Shown here one piece after another: positions 39,001 through 52,340 of a stretch of DNA of 64,000 nucleotides. The stretch spans positions 4,445,220 through 4,509,219 of the forward strand of contig NW_002060947.1 of the NCBI RefSeq assembly GCF_000150275.1, read 5' to 3'. The notes under the pieces were generated by a model, which worked only from the letters and a program-made list of their open reading frames with translations, was not told where the DNA came from and made no database searches. Positions within the stretch are counted from its first letter, which is position 1, and every line of letters starts with the position of its first letter. The position numbers and the translations under genes are program-made. The DNA comes from Trichoplax adhaerens (taxonomy: Eukaryota > Animalia > Placozoa).

Positions 39001-41363
39001 AATTTTGTTTTACTGTAAGAAATATTTTTAGACCAGCGGTGATCACTTCTGCTTGCAACTATACTGAGCAATATTCCGAGCTTTAACAAGAAGTAACTTC
39101 CACTTGGCGCGACATCGACTTTGGAGTAATTGACAATGCAGGTTTCGTTATACGCCGTAATCATCCGTACGCATATAGCTCAGTTAGTATGTTTAATTAA
39201 CCTCCTACCTCCAAAGTCCAAGGACAGTTTAGCAGATAACCTCCATGGTGAATTGTTATATTCTAAAATGTATAGCGATTTACAAACAGTTTAGGTTCAG
39301 TCAACCGGCAAATAAATTAAATATTAATATTTGCCCCTTTAATGTAAAATACGTAAAATAATACTGGAGGAAAAACACAAATTGTTGAAATCTGATTTCT
39401 GAACGGCATACAGCATAACAATCCTCATTACCTTTTTGAAGTTTCCAGATATTTGAATAAGGGTCACACAAAGTACGCGGAGGTACTGATACAGTTTTGT
39501 TACAAACCTAACAAAGCAAATATCTAATTGTTATACTAAGTTTTAAAAATACCATACTGAGACAGTTTACATGAAAGAAGTGACTCAAATTGGTAAATTT
39601 TCGTATCTTTGAACACTTCTAACCTGTACAGCCTGTAAATTTAAGGAAATAAAACATTTCAGAATCTATATGAGTTACTTTGATGTTCTTCTATTTTCCT
39701 TAATGTTGTATAATGTTTGAAATCTAAAATATCCTGAGACTGGTTATGCTATCTATCATGTTATAATTAGCATTGTTACCTCAAACATCGGTTCTAACAA
39801 TAACTTCTTATTAAAAGTAGAGATTGCATTTACGATTATGCCCGTAAACCTGTAACTACTACCTATCGTGATTTTCTTTATTAGATCATCTAAAAAGTAA
39901 ATGCATAATGTAAAGCGAAACGTACGTACAAGAAGATTACGAGTGATCTATTAATTGAGTAAGTTATCATCAAAAGCTAGTAGAAACAGTGCCATAAATT
40001 GATTTTACATGAATGCCTAGGTTAAGTTGCATTACCTTTCAAGCAGATTTTCATAGCAGCTGAATAAGAAAAATCTTCTTTAATCCCATTTAAATCCATG
40101 GATGTGGTAACAAATATTTTTAGTTCGTCTTCATTCATAAATAATAGCATTACTTTCTTGGTTTCACATGAACATACTTTATATTTCAAGAAAAATTTGT
40201 TGATTGTACCAGCACCAACTTACAATTTATGTCATAAGTTAAGTTTAAAAGCTATATTGCAGTATCAATACTTATACTGCATAAGACATAATCGTAATGC
40301 AGTCAAACCACAAGATGATGCTTCGAAACACTGTTCATACCTGATAGAATACGACTACTAATATCTTCTACTAATGAGCTGCCGCAAAATTTACATTTAA
40401 AATTGTTTCTGGAATAACGTGTTAATAGGAAATAACGTTAAGATGCAAATTACTGAGCAATTAAGCTGCGCATTGCTAAGACTTTTAGCAGTAATCAAAA
40501 TGAAAAAAGATTAGCACAAAATGTATATCATAAGAAGAAGGTTACGCTACTTGATGATATCGCTATCTGTTACACCAATAGCATAGAAGACGATATAGGA
40601 ATGACAGCTCCATCCGGTGCATTGATTGTGGCTACATCTATATTTGGTACTATGACTGAAATAGGTAATGAAACTTTATAAAGGTTGATTCCGTATTATT
40701 GCACGATATTACTGATTTTATAGCTTATATATGAAATCGTATTCTAAGAAATGCCTAGTTATAAATATGGCAGATTTTTAGTTATAAAGCTGTCAATAAA
40801 GTATAATTACGACGCGCATGTTGATTATACGTATAAACTTATTCTCATTTTTCAGAAGGCTATCGAGTATTATTTAAAATTTTCGATACATACTAAATAT
40901 AAAAAATTGATTTTGACTACTATATCATATAATTTGCGTGTAGCTAACTACGTACAGTACGGTATATCCTGTTTAAGAATAGCCAAATAGTACATGAAAT
41001 TCACACAGTTGGACCAGCTGATGATTATGTGAATATCGGTTAATCTAAGGAATAGTGTTATGCGTTGGATACTGTACTAGCATGAAATTTCGATGACGCT
41101 ATTAGGTGGTTACGCCAATTTGTAAAAGTTTGTGATAAAGTATTATAAATTGGGTATGGTTTACCTCTATAAAATGAGCTAAATTCTATCAATTAGTACA
41201 AAAAGATTATCTCTTTAATGACCGATTTTAATCAACCCGATGAAGCTTCTGGTGTTAGTATAATTCAGAGGTCGTCCTTACCCGTAATGCTTAAGTCAAT
41301 GTACAATAAGTACCATTTATCAATTAAGGTCGTCAAGAAATTAACAACACTGAAATGGTTTAT
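36088..41363 (-). CDS. MCMDC2: MCM domain-containing protein 2 (meiotic MCM paralogue); 5' end unresolved
   Basis: In-phase exons from ~40655 down to 36088 give KYRCSHNQC..FKCKFCGSSLVEDISSRILSD, SPWRLSAKL, DVAPSGSYFLLKLGILLSIV, AGALALADSGICLI, AVEIPRKY..YPLACTVWS, AHAKLCLRKIVCKEDVILAIWLNEE, QEIWLQQFSVHLSTFL*. No Walker A motif, as is typical of MCMDC2. A plausible upstream exon lies at ~41282-41363; start codon not identified. Confidence 0.85.
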
Positions 41364-41649
41364 CTACGAAATTAAATCTAGAATTAACTGATTATAATTA
41401 ATTATTAAACTATCAAGGTACGCGTATCTACACTTTTAAAACTCTAAAGAACATAATTGGCATCGTCAGGTTGTAAATTGTGTTGCTATATTACGTTTAA
41501 GTGTAATAAATATATGTATACGAATATATTGATATTGGCAAGTAATAGCACTTGTCAGATATCATTACAAATTAATTTGTAATTCATTCATGTACATTAT
41601 ACAGCAATATCAGTATAAAGTATAATGACGCTTGTGCCTTCATTTCTCA

Positions 41650-42175
41650 ACATATACTATATACTGTAGACTGTAGTAAAGTAGTTTAACAATTTTAGTC
41701 TACTGTTTTATACAATATTACCATACGATCTCGCGCAAGACTGTAAGTTATGACTAATTGACTAGTATAATAATTGGTAGAATGTCTTAATCAGTTATGA
41801 TTATGTTATGTTTGCATAGTATAATACAAGACCAATCTAAAATTAGAATCGATTATAACGAGATAATATGCTATTGTATGCTATTATAGGAGTTCCTGAG
41901 ATTCAATTTGATGATTAATTATTACCTGTTATCTCGTAGTCGACTGGTAACGTCAAATAAAGTCACATGACAATAAATCGTATACCGTATACTGTTACAT
42001 ATGTACGGAACTATATGGATGCCACCGTTGTCAGGCAAAGTTTTACCGAAAATGTCCCCAAAATAATTACCGTACTTTCCTGTGTAGTTTCTAAGCCAAT
42101 AACATACGATACATACTGTATCTTAAGATTTGGTTATACTGTACAGTATGTGTACATATTTACTACAGTACTATT
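41650..42175. promoter_or_regulatory. Weaker TACAG/CTGTA boxes between divergent MCMDC2 and the protease gene
   Basis: atactgtagactgtag (~41661) and atactgtacagtatgtgtaca..actacagtact (~42136-42172). Confidence 0.4.
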
Positions 42176-42307
42176 CTTGTTAGTCTATTCAGTAGCACCA
42201 GTAGCGCAAGTGCTTACCGTTAAAACATCTTTCGTACATGTTGATGTAAAATCACTAGAATGTTATACGACCGCTAGTGAAGAGATCATCGAAAAAAGAG
42301 ACAAATA

Positions 42308-43514
42308 ATGACGATAGTAAAGAAATTCTTTATGATTTTGATGATAACGCTTAATTTGATTGGATTAGGTAAATTTTTCTTAAATGAATGATATTTTAAC
42401 GGTACTAAAAGACTGTGAAAATAAAGATAATCTTGAATAACCTGTTGAATTATCTTATTGGTATAGTAATTTTTCCTTTGCGAAACTAAAAACGCAGAAT
42501 TATTGACTTGTAAAACTTATTACTTTGTAATTTATCGTTCTGTTACTTTTATTCATAGTTTAATAAAGATATAGGAATATTAAATATCATTTGTAAAGCT
42601 TTTCAACGTATCAAATACTTTTATATCAGATTCACTATGATTCTTTATTATCAAAACAGATATCAAGTGATAGTTAAACAGTCAATCGTACTACACTTGT
42701 CAGTGGCCTTGCTTTTTTAATGTTTCTTTGGTTTCACGTCGTAGGATACTGCATTAGTGATGGCTCTGAATTCGCTCATTCAACAGAAGCTAAAGCTCAT
42801 GAATATCCATGGCAAATTGTTTTATTAAAGAGAAACTATGCTGTTTGTAGCGGTGCACTGATAAATAAAATGTGGGCATTAACGACCGCGCACTGCATAT
42901 CAAATATAGATCCATCAGTTATGACAGTAACCCTAGGAGATTACAATTTGGTCAAGTCGGAAGGGACAGAACAAACTGTTGTCCCGGATAAAGTCTATGT
43001 ACATCCAAAATTCAATCACTCTACTACAGATAGTGATATAGCATTGATAAAATTTAAGGAGCCCATAACTTTTACTTTGGCAATAAAGCCGATAGCTCTA
43101 CCAAGTGATGAACAGGCTCAAGTTGGAATGTACTGCATTGTTTCTGGATGGGGCAAAAGAAGCCTAGTTGCTGATGATAGACCAGACATTCTAAGGCAGG
43201 CAGTTATTCCTATAGTATCAAATAAAGAATGTAACGAGCCTATAGCATATAAAGGTGAGATAACTAAGAGGATGTTATGCGCTGGCTATAAATATGGTGG
43301 TCCGGATGCGTGCACCGGTGACAGTGGAGGGCCGCTGTCATGTTTACGCGCTTCCCGAAAAGCGAAGCAAGAGTGGTTTTTAGCAGGTTTAGTAAGTTGG
43401 GGTTCACGATGTGGTTCTCCGTTTAAGTTTGGTGTCTATACTCGTGTTAGTTGTTTTCGAGAATGGATTAAAGATACGATAGATAATTCAGCCTTAACCG
43501 ACACCCCTCTGTAA
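42308..43514 (+). CDS. Secreted trypsin-like (S1A) serine protease; exons 42308-42368 (signal peptide) and 42745-43514
   Basis: MTIVKKFFMILMITLNLIGLG signal; YPWQ, CSGALI, TTAHC (His57), DIALI (Asp102), DACTGDSGGPL (Asp189, Ser195), GLVSWG..C..GVYTRVS..EWI. Confidence 0.93.
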
Positions 43515-45076
43515 AAGTGTCGAAATTTCTTAAAGTAAAATTAACTTCCAATTTCAAATCGTTTTATCGTATTCACTCAAACGCATCTACGTCAGGATTA
43601 TAAAATTATCAAAACCGTTTTAAAAAAGTTGCTGAAATTACAGCTAAATGAAACGGTGCGTACATATCCAGCAATTTTAATTTTTAAGATCAAATTTCTC
43701 TATTTGAAGATAGGAATATATATTATAGAATAACTCTGAAGGCTAGTCCTAAAACCCAAATGTACCCGTAAATTACGGTATTTGAGGTTATGTTGCAATT
43801 TTCCGAAGCTGCTCACTGACAACCGAATTTCAAAGGCAGCAATAGTGAAATAATTTTTATGTTTTGCTCTGATTCTATAATATGTTTAAAACTTTTCAAC
43901 AATTTGTGAAAGGAATTAAATCTATACGGGCATTCCTCCCGGCTTATAATTATTTTAAGTGAATAAGAATATATAAGATGTAAAAACTAATGTCAATCGC
44001 TATTTTTACCGCGAATTACTGTAAACACGAATATCTCTTTAAACTCTTATTCTCCGCACTACCTCATTACACGTATTGTAAGAAGTACAAATTGTATTGA
44101 TCTAAGGAATATACAAAAAGCTATACCATAATGTTAATAAATCTGGATTTCGATCCATTGCTAATATCTTTTTCAAACATTGACAATTATACTGATCTTA
44201 TTTAGTCTATGAGCATAATAATTAAAAAATCCTCTAAGAATGGTTCTGTTCTAATACAAAATAAATTCATTCTATGAATTTAAATATCATACAGGGTCTT
44301 GCTACAAGAATATTGTGATTTTACTATTACTTAAGAACTTACGTGTATTTAGTCATTGACATAATACCGGTAACCTGTCCAGTAACCATAACGTAATTGC
44401 CTTTATACTTTGAATTTGTGATTTCTGCTGAAGTGTTTAAGTTGTACCTACATAATATATTATTTGATCCATACAAAGAGCAGGGCAATTAATTTAAAAT
44501 TTACTTCGCCACAAAGACGTATTTGTAAATCAATATTACTGTGGTAGAGCGGGTAAGCAAAGCGGTCTTAATATAATGTAAACTTGATCCTCAATTTGAA
44601 GATTAGGTAGCCAGCCAAGAGCATTGAATAACGTGAAAAAAACCTAAGAATGCCAGAGGTAGTAATTTGACTTGAGCCTTAGTAGTGACATTTACCGTAC
44701 TGCTGTTAAGGTAATTTCATTTCAGAAAGAAATTTAATTATAAATGTTTCTAGGTATTCTATTAAACATTACTTGTTTGAATACTTTAGTGACAACTGTT
44801 GGGTGATTGTTAAGGATAAAGTTGCCAAGTATTGCTGTAATACGATTACATATCACGAATGGTTAGCGTTAATTAAGTTATATACGTAATTACATCACAA
44901 TTTAAATTAGAGTACTAAGTCAGCGACATAATTCAATATCCGGTATGATGAGTTTGTAAGCTGTAAGTCAGTTAGCATAGCGAGAATAATCGGAGTCTAA
45001 TTTAATGAAATATTGTAATAAATTATGAGGGGCCTGCAATCGCATTATTCCTGACATTATCATAACGTCTTTGCAG

Positions 45077-45820
45077 GAAGATGATGCGTCTAAAAATCTT
45101 CTAAATTTACGATTACTTGTGTTACTATTGTCATTAATTCTATCATATTCTTTTGGAGAAAGAAATATTGATAGCGAGATCTATAGCAATTTTTCCGATG
45201 TAAAGGTGAATTTGCAATTACCATAACGATAAAGACGTTATAAAGTTTCTAAATTCATAAACAATAGTAGAGTATTTATCTTGCTATCTTTATAAAGGTA
45301 ATAAAGTTAACCACAAAGAAATTTGCTCTGTAATAAGCGAAAGAGTTCTTTCAAACTAGCAGAGAAAATTACACTGAAGATAAGCACATTAAGGTATTAT
45401 TATAAGTGACTGATATTATGAGAATTTTCCAGAGCTTGATATGACGGGATGGTAGTATCGTGCACGTAACTGATTAATTAAGGTCCAATGTCTTAGCTTA
45501 TATATAAACCGAAATGGAGAGCAAATGATACAGTACAATGTGGTAAAAGGTGAAATTACGTTCCCTACTTTAGTAGTTCATATATGCCGTTAAGAACAAG
45601 TAGAAACTACGGCACTGCGTTTAGGTATATGCAGTTATGAGGTGCTAGTTATAATAAAAAGTTTGAATGCCTAGATCATAGTTATCGCTCATAGTGTACC
45701 ATTGAAGTCTACGACTTCCATTGGATCGAATTCTATAACAAAACGGAATAAGCCATTTTCCTACCAGATGAGAAAACATCATTATACATACAGAATCATC
45801 GAAAAGAATAATATACGTAT
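45077..45820 (+). pseudogene. Possible decayed gene for a small secreted protein
   Basis: AG/GT-bounded segments: hydrophobic LLNLRLLVLLLSLILSYSFGERN.. (nearby ATG out of frame), VIKLTTKKFAL**AKEFFQ.., VQCLSLYINRNGEQMIQYNV, CTIEVYDFHW with stops. Confidence 0.25.
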
Positions 45821-46139
45821 AAAAGTATTTATGAGTTCTGCATTAGTGTGTATTTTATCTTTACTACCACAGCATTAGAGAAGGTATAATGCTGACATTG
45901 GCATTTAATTTCTGACAGCAAGTTTTTATCTTCAGCTATCCAAAGAAATAGCCACTGATGAAGTGTCAGGTTGGTTGATGAATCCATTCCACTTTTTTAA
46001 ATGTAGCAATGACCTTATAAATGGAGTAAATCAAAGCCCAGAAATCTTGCGTTATAATTTTCTTTTATGTACTTTAAGTAAGAGTAATTCTAATTGTTAA
46101 TTCTATACCGGAAAAATATAACTTGACAGAATGATTTTT

Positions 46140-46965
46140 CAACTTTGAATTATAAAATCTGGCAATACCTTTCAAAGAATGCAAAGATGCTGCTATTCAA
46201 GAAAGTTTTACTTTCTGAAAGGAAAATACCCAATAATGGTTTTCAATGTTAGGACTATAAATGTACCAATACTTGCAAAGAATGCAAAGATTACTATTCG
46301 AGTGTATCTTCCTTTCTAAAAGGAAAAAAGTCTAATATCATCTTTCAATTTTGGACTCTAAATCTGGCAATACCTTTCAAAGAATGCAAAGATTACTATT
46401 CGAGTGTATCTTCCTTTCTAAAAGGAAAAAAGTCTAATATCATCTTTCAATTTTGGACTCTAAATCTGGCAATACCTTTCAAAGAATGCAAAGATTACTA
46501 TTCGAGTGTATCTTCCTTTCTAAAAGGAAAAAAGTCTAATATCATCTTTCAATTTTGGACTCTAAATCTAGCAATACCTTTCAAAGAATGTGAAGATTAC
46601 TATTCGAGTGTATCTTTCTTTCTAAAAGGAAAAAAGTCTAATATCATCTTTCAATTTTGGATTCTAAATCTGGCAATACCTTTCAAAGAATGCAAAGATT
46701 ACTATTCGAGTGTATCTTTCTTTCTAAAAGGAAAAAAGTCTAATATCATCTTTCAATTTTGGACTCTAAATCTAGCAATACCTTTCAAAGAATGTGAAGA
46801 TTACTATTCGAGTTTATATCTTCCTTTCTAAAAGGAAAAAAGTCTAATATCATCTTTCAATTTTGGTTTCTAAATCTGGCAATACCTTTCAAAGAATGCA
46901 AAGATTGTTAATGGAGCGGGCGCCACTTTCTAAAAGTAATAAGTGGAATAATGGTTTTCATTCAC
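46140..46965. repeat. Minisatellite, ~8 copies of a 102-bp unit with a homogeneous core and diverged edge copies
   Basis: aaatct(g/a)gcaatacctttcaaagaatg at 46360, 46462, 46564, 46666, 46768 and 46872, plus diverged copies at ~46155 and ~46258. Confidence 0.95.
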
Positions 46966-47559
46966 TACGAAGTCAACTACAAGCTTCATTTACCTCGGTA
47001 AGATGACGCTCGAGAGATAACATCGTGTGACATCGTGTTCCTACGATTAGTGCGATACGATCAGCCAATAGTATCACACTACTTGTGATGAATATCAACT
47101 GCGAATTAGTGAAGTGCCTGATTGAAGTCTGTGCACTTTACACTCTATTTCTGACTATCTCATACGAAAAGAACCGATCCATCGTGGGATATAGCAATAT
47201 TACTGAAATGTTGAGTGGTTCATTAGTAGTGTCGATTTTAAATTAATTCCTGACAAATCATTTTAGACTTGAGAAATTTGTAAAACTTTCCATTCCCAAG
47301 GCATGACAGTTTCGTGGTAATGAATAAGGAAACATGCTTGTTTCAGGAAAGGTTGATGCTGGATAGGGTGACTTGTGGTAAATGATATGACGAGACCACA
47401 AACTATTGGCTATCATGTACGCATCACGTATGTATGACGAAATCGACGCATTCACACTTTAAATGAAATATTAATTATTATTAATATCAAGAATAATATT
47501 TTTATTTTAATAGAGGCATTGCGTATAAAATAACGTGATAGGACTTCCAAATCTGATGC

Positions 47560-48014
47560 AATTTCACTTTGATTGATGGAATAGCGTTACCATATTCAAA
47601 ATTCAATATTATGAATTCCATGTACCAACGGAACAAATGCTTCCTATACTTGATCAGCTATCTTATACAAATTTGCATACAATTCGCTCAGCAAATAGTG
47701 GAAATTGCTCACTTTAGCCTCGTACTATATAGCTATAATACATACCCATACGTTAACGTATATATGTTACGGTCGAGGTCTGGGACGAAGGCATCGTATA
47801 CGCTGACTATGATGACAACGACGATCTATACGATGACCAAACTTAATTTCACTTTGATTGATGGAATAGCGTGACCATATTCAAAATTCAATATTATGAA
47901 TTCCATGTACCAACGGAACAAATGCTTCCTATACTTGATCAGCTATCTTATACAAATTTGCATACAATTCGCTCAGCAAATAGTGGAAATTGCTCACTTT
48001 AGCCTTGTACTATA
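47560..48014. repeat. Near-perfect 170-bp direct repeat (47560-47729, 47845-48014) with a 115-bp spacer
   Basis: aatttcactttgattgatggaatagcgt...tttagcct(c/t)gtactata occurs twice with about two mismatches. Confidence 0.93.
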
Positions 48015-48565
48015 CAATTGCAGAAAAAAAATTTCCAGTATAAATATTCAAATTGACTAATGACTGTCGGATTTAGGTTCGTAAAGAGCTAAGCTACACT
48101 ATTTGACAAATTTAGACAGTTTGCAGTTTGACTTTCAAAGTTTCTGCTACTTTATAGATTAAGCTGGGTCCCCGGGATCCATTTATATTGAACAGAAACA
48201 TGATTAAAGTTTTTGTTCTTAATGTTCTTAAGTAGCCAGAAATTGGCGGTGTAGATCTTGTAGAACAGCTTCAGAAAGTGATTTATTCAAATTTTCGATA
48301 GCTATTCTAATTACTCGACATACTGTAGAAAAGGAGCTGTGAAAGCCAATGTCAAGAGAAAGTTACTAATTCATATTTTATTACGATACACTAAAAGAAG
48401 AATTGAATGAATAATAAAATGAATGAACAATTATATAAAATTTTTTAATATGTTGCACCGTTGTCGAATTGAAATATAAATACGGCCCGACTATTTACAA
48501 AAATGGATTGATAATATTTTAAAAATTCTCCATAAGCTGAAAAGAATATATAGTGCATAAAAGAG

Positions 48566-51500
48566 TTAATAATCTTCATGATCAATGTCTCCAGTGTACT
48601 CGCAAATATCATCGTAATCGAATTCTGCAGCTTTCTGATTTGATAGTAAATATGCAACAGCTTTGTAATTGGACTTATCCCGGCTAACAATTTTTCCAAC
48701 CTATTGTAAATAATTTAGTGACTGAGTAGGAAAATTAAGGCCATCTAATTTTTCAAGTAATTATGTACCGTGTGTTACATACAAGAACATGAGTGATATT
48801 TAGTGGTGCAGAGTGTTGTAAATGTTAAAAATACTCAGGACTAGGCGATAAAATGCTTATAACACTTACCATGCCGGCATGTTTCCCTTTCACAACGATG
48901 ACATAGGCAGGATTACCTTTCGGAACAATAGTTTCTAGCATGTCTTCGGTAATATCTTACAAAAGTACAAAATAAAAGTTTAGAAATCATTTAACTCAAA
49001 AACTATTTCGTAGGCAGCTTACTTTCTAATAAACGGCCATCATCAGTTTCGCAAATACATGTACCAGCACGGATGACATCGATAATTTTAACCTATTCAG
49101 ATAGAAAACTTTTAATTAAAAATAACACTGAGATCCGTGAAAACTTAGTAGTGCTAAAATAATACTTAAAATTTACCTTATGGTTATAATATCGACCATG
49201 TTTGTACGACTTGCTAATGAGTCGTACGCGAGTTTTAGGTCTTACCCATACATTACTGCCAGTTTCGTCATGCTTATTCGAATGATAGTGGTCTTTGCTT
49301 CCGGTGTAATTATTGCCGTGATGGGATCGATTCTTATCTTCACCTAACGTTGATTGTGGAGGATACTTGTTATTAATAGCAAATTCAGTCCGCAAATCAA
49401 GCGCAAAAGATAAGTGTACTCACTGGGATAGCGTTCTTCATCTCCCCGCTTTCTTTTAGAACTTTTTAAACTATCAGTACTGTTACTTTTTCAAAATGAA
49501 GAGGCTTAATTATATGGAATAAGTTGTAGGCTAATTAAGGCAAGTATATATTTCATACACTTACAGCGTCTCTTCACGTCCACTGCGAGAATTGATAAAC
49601 GATTGCACTTTATCAACTTTATTTAACCTCATACAATTCTTCGTGTATTCTTTTTCGCTAACAATTTTCAAACAATTTTGACTAATAGTTGTTTTCTGCG
49701 GATGAAATAAATTATCCCCCGAGATTAAGGTTAGTGGCGTCTTATACTGTTTCAATCCTGCGAATATTAATTACCTAACCTCTTTATTAATTGCGAGCGC
49801 AACAAAAATGCGGCCATTATCGCCATCGATACCCTCTACCTTACCATAAAGGTCCGCATGTGGTCCAGCTACAACCATTACGTGAACTCCACGAGCAAAA
49901 CCTAACGAAATTGTTGTTACCATTTTTGCTGCAAAACATACTGGAATAATATAAAGAACGAATTATTCTATCATATACTTTTATTTACCGTCTGACGTTC
50001 TTTCAGGCTCTTCATATTTTTCACCAGGTTTCCTGATCTTATCAGGCTTATTCTTATTTTTGTCATCCGATTCAACAAGACGTTCAGCTCCTAAACCCAG
50101 GCCTTTATAGCGAGGGGTGAATTCTATGGGTTTGATAACTCTGCATGCAGTAAGGGATTAGTTAAAATAATACCGTATGCCATAACAATCAAGTAATTAA
50201 ATTGTGAGGCCTTGATAAAAATGAAGTATCAGTCTTTCGCAATGAACTTACTGCTTATTAGTCTTGCCAATTCCTTGACCTACTGACCAGCCCATTCCAC
50301 GCAACATGGCTTGGCCAAAGTTGGATATCGGCATGTTCTCATAGTCTTCCAGTGAACTCTACAAATCATTGTAGGAAGAGTAAATAGTTTTACTGACGTT
50401 TAGTGGTATCGTCGTTGTTATTAACAAGTAATTCCATAAATAGTTGAATAACAAGCGATGTATCAATTAATGTTGGATAAATTTATATGCTACTTACTGT
50501 TTCTGGCCTCATCGCAATATCTAGTTTTTCGGAGCTTTCTATACCTTTAACCCGTGGTGCACAGTTTTGCATTAATAGGGGGACAATATGCTCCTCTTCT
50601 GCATCATTAACCTCTACTTGACTATTTATTTCTGTAGATAAAGAGAAGATGCACATGTATATCATTTGAAGGCAGTGTTAATTAAAACCTTTGATGTAGT
50701 GAAGTCTACAACGACATCGAAATAATAGATTAAATTAAAAATTGAATTTAGTCTTGACCATGGCATCTTTACATGTACTGCACTGTATATTGCATTAAGA
50801 TTATTGGCTATTAAGAAATGAGAGTATAAACTTTTATAATCCCTGTCGATCGCGATCCTCGCCGTTCTGCTATTGCGTATATGGTAATATCGTCTACTAT
50901 TATTCCAAAAAGGGTTGTAACTGGCAATCGCTGTAGTATAATTTAACACAAGCTTTCCTTCTAATTTATTGCTTTATCTCTATTATTTAGTCTGCAGAAA
51001 GTGTACAGAACGGATAGTAATTGCTACAGCTAGAATTATTGCAGCCAGGAAAATAACGAAATCATTCAGATAACAACGGAAGACATAAAATGAAGAGATG
51101 CTTATAACATTTACACTGATAATAGCAACATTACCTTGAAGAATTTCTTGGGCTGCTTCAGCATCTAGGTTAGATTTATCTTGATTAATTAGATTAGCTA
51201 TGACCTTTTCATTTGGTATTACCCAGCGATTCCTTTTGACCATGGGAATCACGGCTGGACCTTTATTTCTGTCGCTGCTTTTACTCCTAAGATACATGAA
51301 ATTTAGTATTGATCTGGAATAAAATGGCGTCCCGAAAAATTGCAATCAAGGCCTAGTCTATGCAGTTGTATAATTAATTGTAACAATTTTGACAACTGAG
51401 CAAGTCTTAGTTATACGAAAATTAAAAATTATAACTAAGCAACGGCATACGTATGCGTCCTACAGTATAATTTATTTATTTAATTTCCAGTTAATGGCTT

Positions 51501-52134
51501 CATGGATTGCAGTCATATATTTCTTCCCATACGAGTAAGTAAGTCTTGAATTATATCTTACAGACAGTCCTGTAATACCTTATTTATCATTGCCCAATCT
51601 AGAGTGGGTATTTGATATCTAGCTATGATTAACAGCATATCCGTACAGTATACCCCAATCACGTAGACTAAGGTGAAATCTTTCAAGATGAAGAATGACA
51701 AATAAGCAATAATAGTGATTCTGAATTGTTACGTTTACATTATTTCTCTCCATGGCCTAACGTACGAGTTTAGCAGATAAAGCTTTATAAATATATGTCA
51801 AAAAAACATAGGAATTAATAAATAAATCAGCTTATTAGACATATAGCTATATAGGTGAGATTGAGCTGGACTGTTCAACTTCACTAGTAGAAAGCATATT
51901 ACTTCCAGTTGTGGTTGCAATTTAAGGAAACTTCTACGTTCATTTCACGTTCATTGAAAGTGAAGAGTGCTGTAAATGAATTTACCCTTCAATAACGTTT
52001 CCTTCTAAACCAGTAATAATTTCTTTATCATCCTCTATTTTCTCTTCTTCGTTATATTTCGATGTGTTGAGCTTTTTAGGAGCAAAATTTTTATTAAGTG
52101 TGAAAGATATCGTGGAAGTCTTCTTGTCATCCAT
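48566..52134 (-). CDS. GPKOW: G-patch domain and KOW motifs-containing protein (Spp2/MOS2 family), multi-exon
   Basis: ATG 52134 MDDKKTSTISFTL; G-patch SSLEDYENMPISNFGQAMLRGMGWSVGQGIGK..PRYKGLGLGA; KOW-like GPHADLYGKVEGID; WVRPKTRVRLISKSYKHGRYYNHKV; LETIVPK..VKGKHAGMVGKIV..FDYDDICEYTG; last exon 48700-48566. Confidence 0.94.
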
Positions 52135-52217
52135 TTTCCTAGCAAAGCAGCTCGTTATTGCGATCACCGACCGACAGACCAGAGGACTTTAAATTTAATT
52201 TAAATTTGTTTAGCGCT

Positions 52218-52340
52218 GCTGTACAGTGTACAGTACTTCAGCACTCTGCTAGGGGTACCAATTACTATAGATTTTACAGTACAGTATACTGTACAGTACT
52301 GTACAAAGTGTCTAATAAGGGGCTTACTGTACTGTATTCC
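52218..52340. promoter_or_regulatory. TACAG/CTGTA box upstream of GPKOW
   Basis: ctgtacagtgtacagtact...tacagtacagtatactgtacagtactgtaca, ~90-200 bp upstream of ATG 52134 (minus strand). Confidence 0.6.

Noticed and set aside
7294-41363. DDIAS, DDX11 and MCMDC2 as a functional genome-maintenance cluster
   Set aside because: They are interspersed with unrelated genes; three such genes in a gene-dense window is compatible with chance.
46140-46965. CRISPR array or 34-aa TPR repeat
   Set aside because: No unique spacers, eukaryotic context, and the translation lacks the TPR consensus.
50662-50949. 95-aa minus-strand ORF inside GPKOW
   Set aside because: Lies in an intron; flanking exons join in phase without it and it has no GPKOW similarity.
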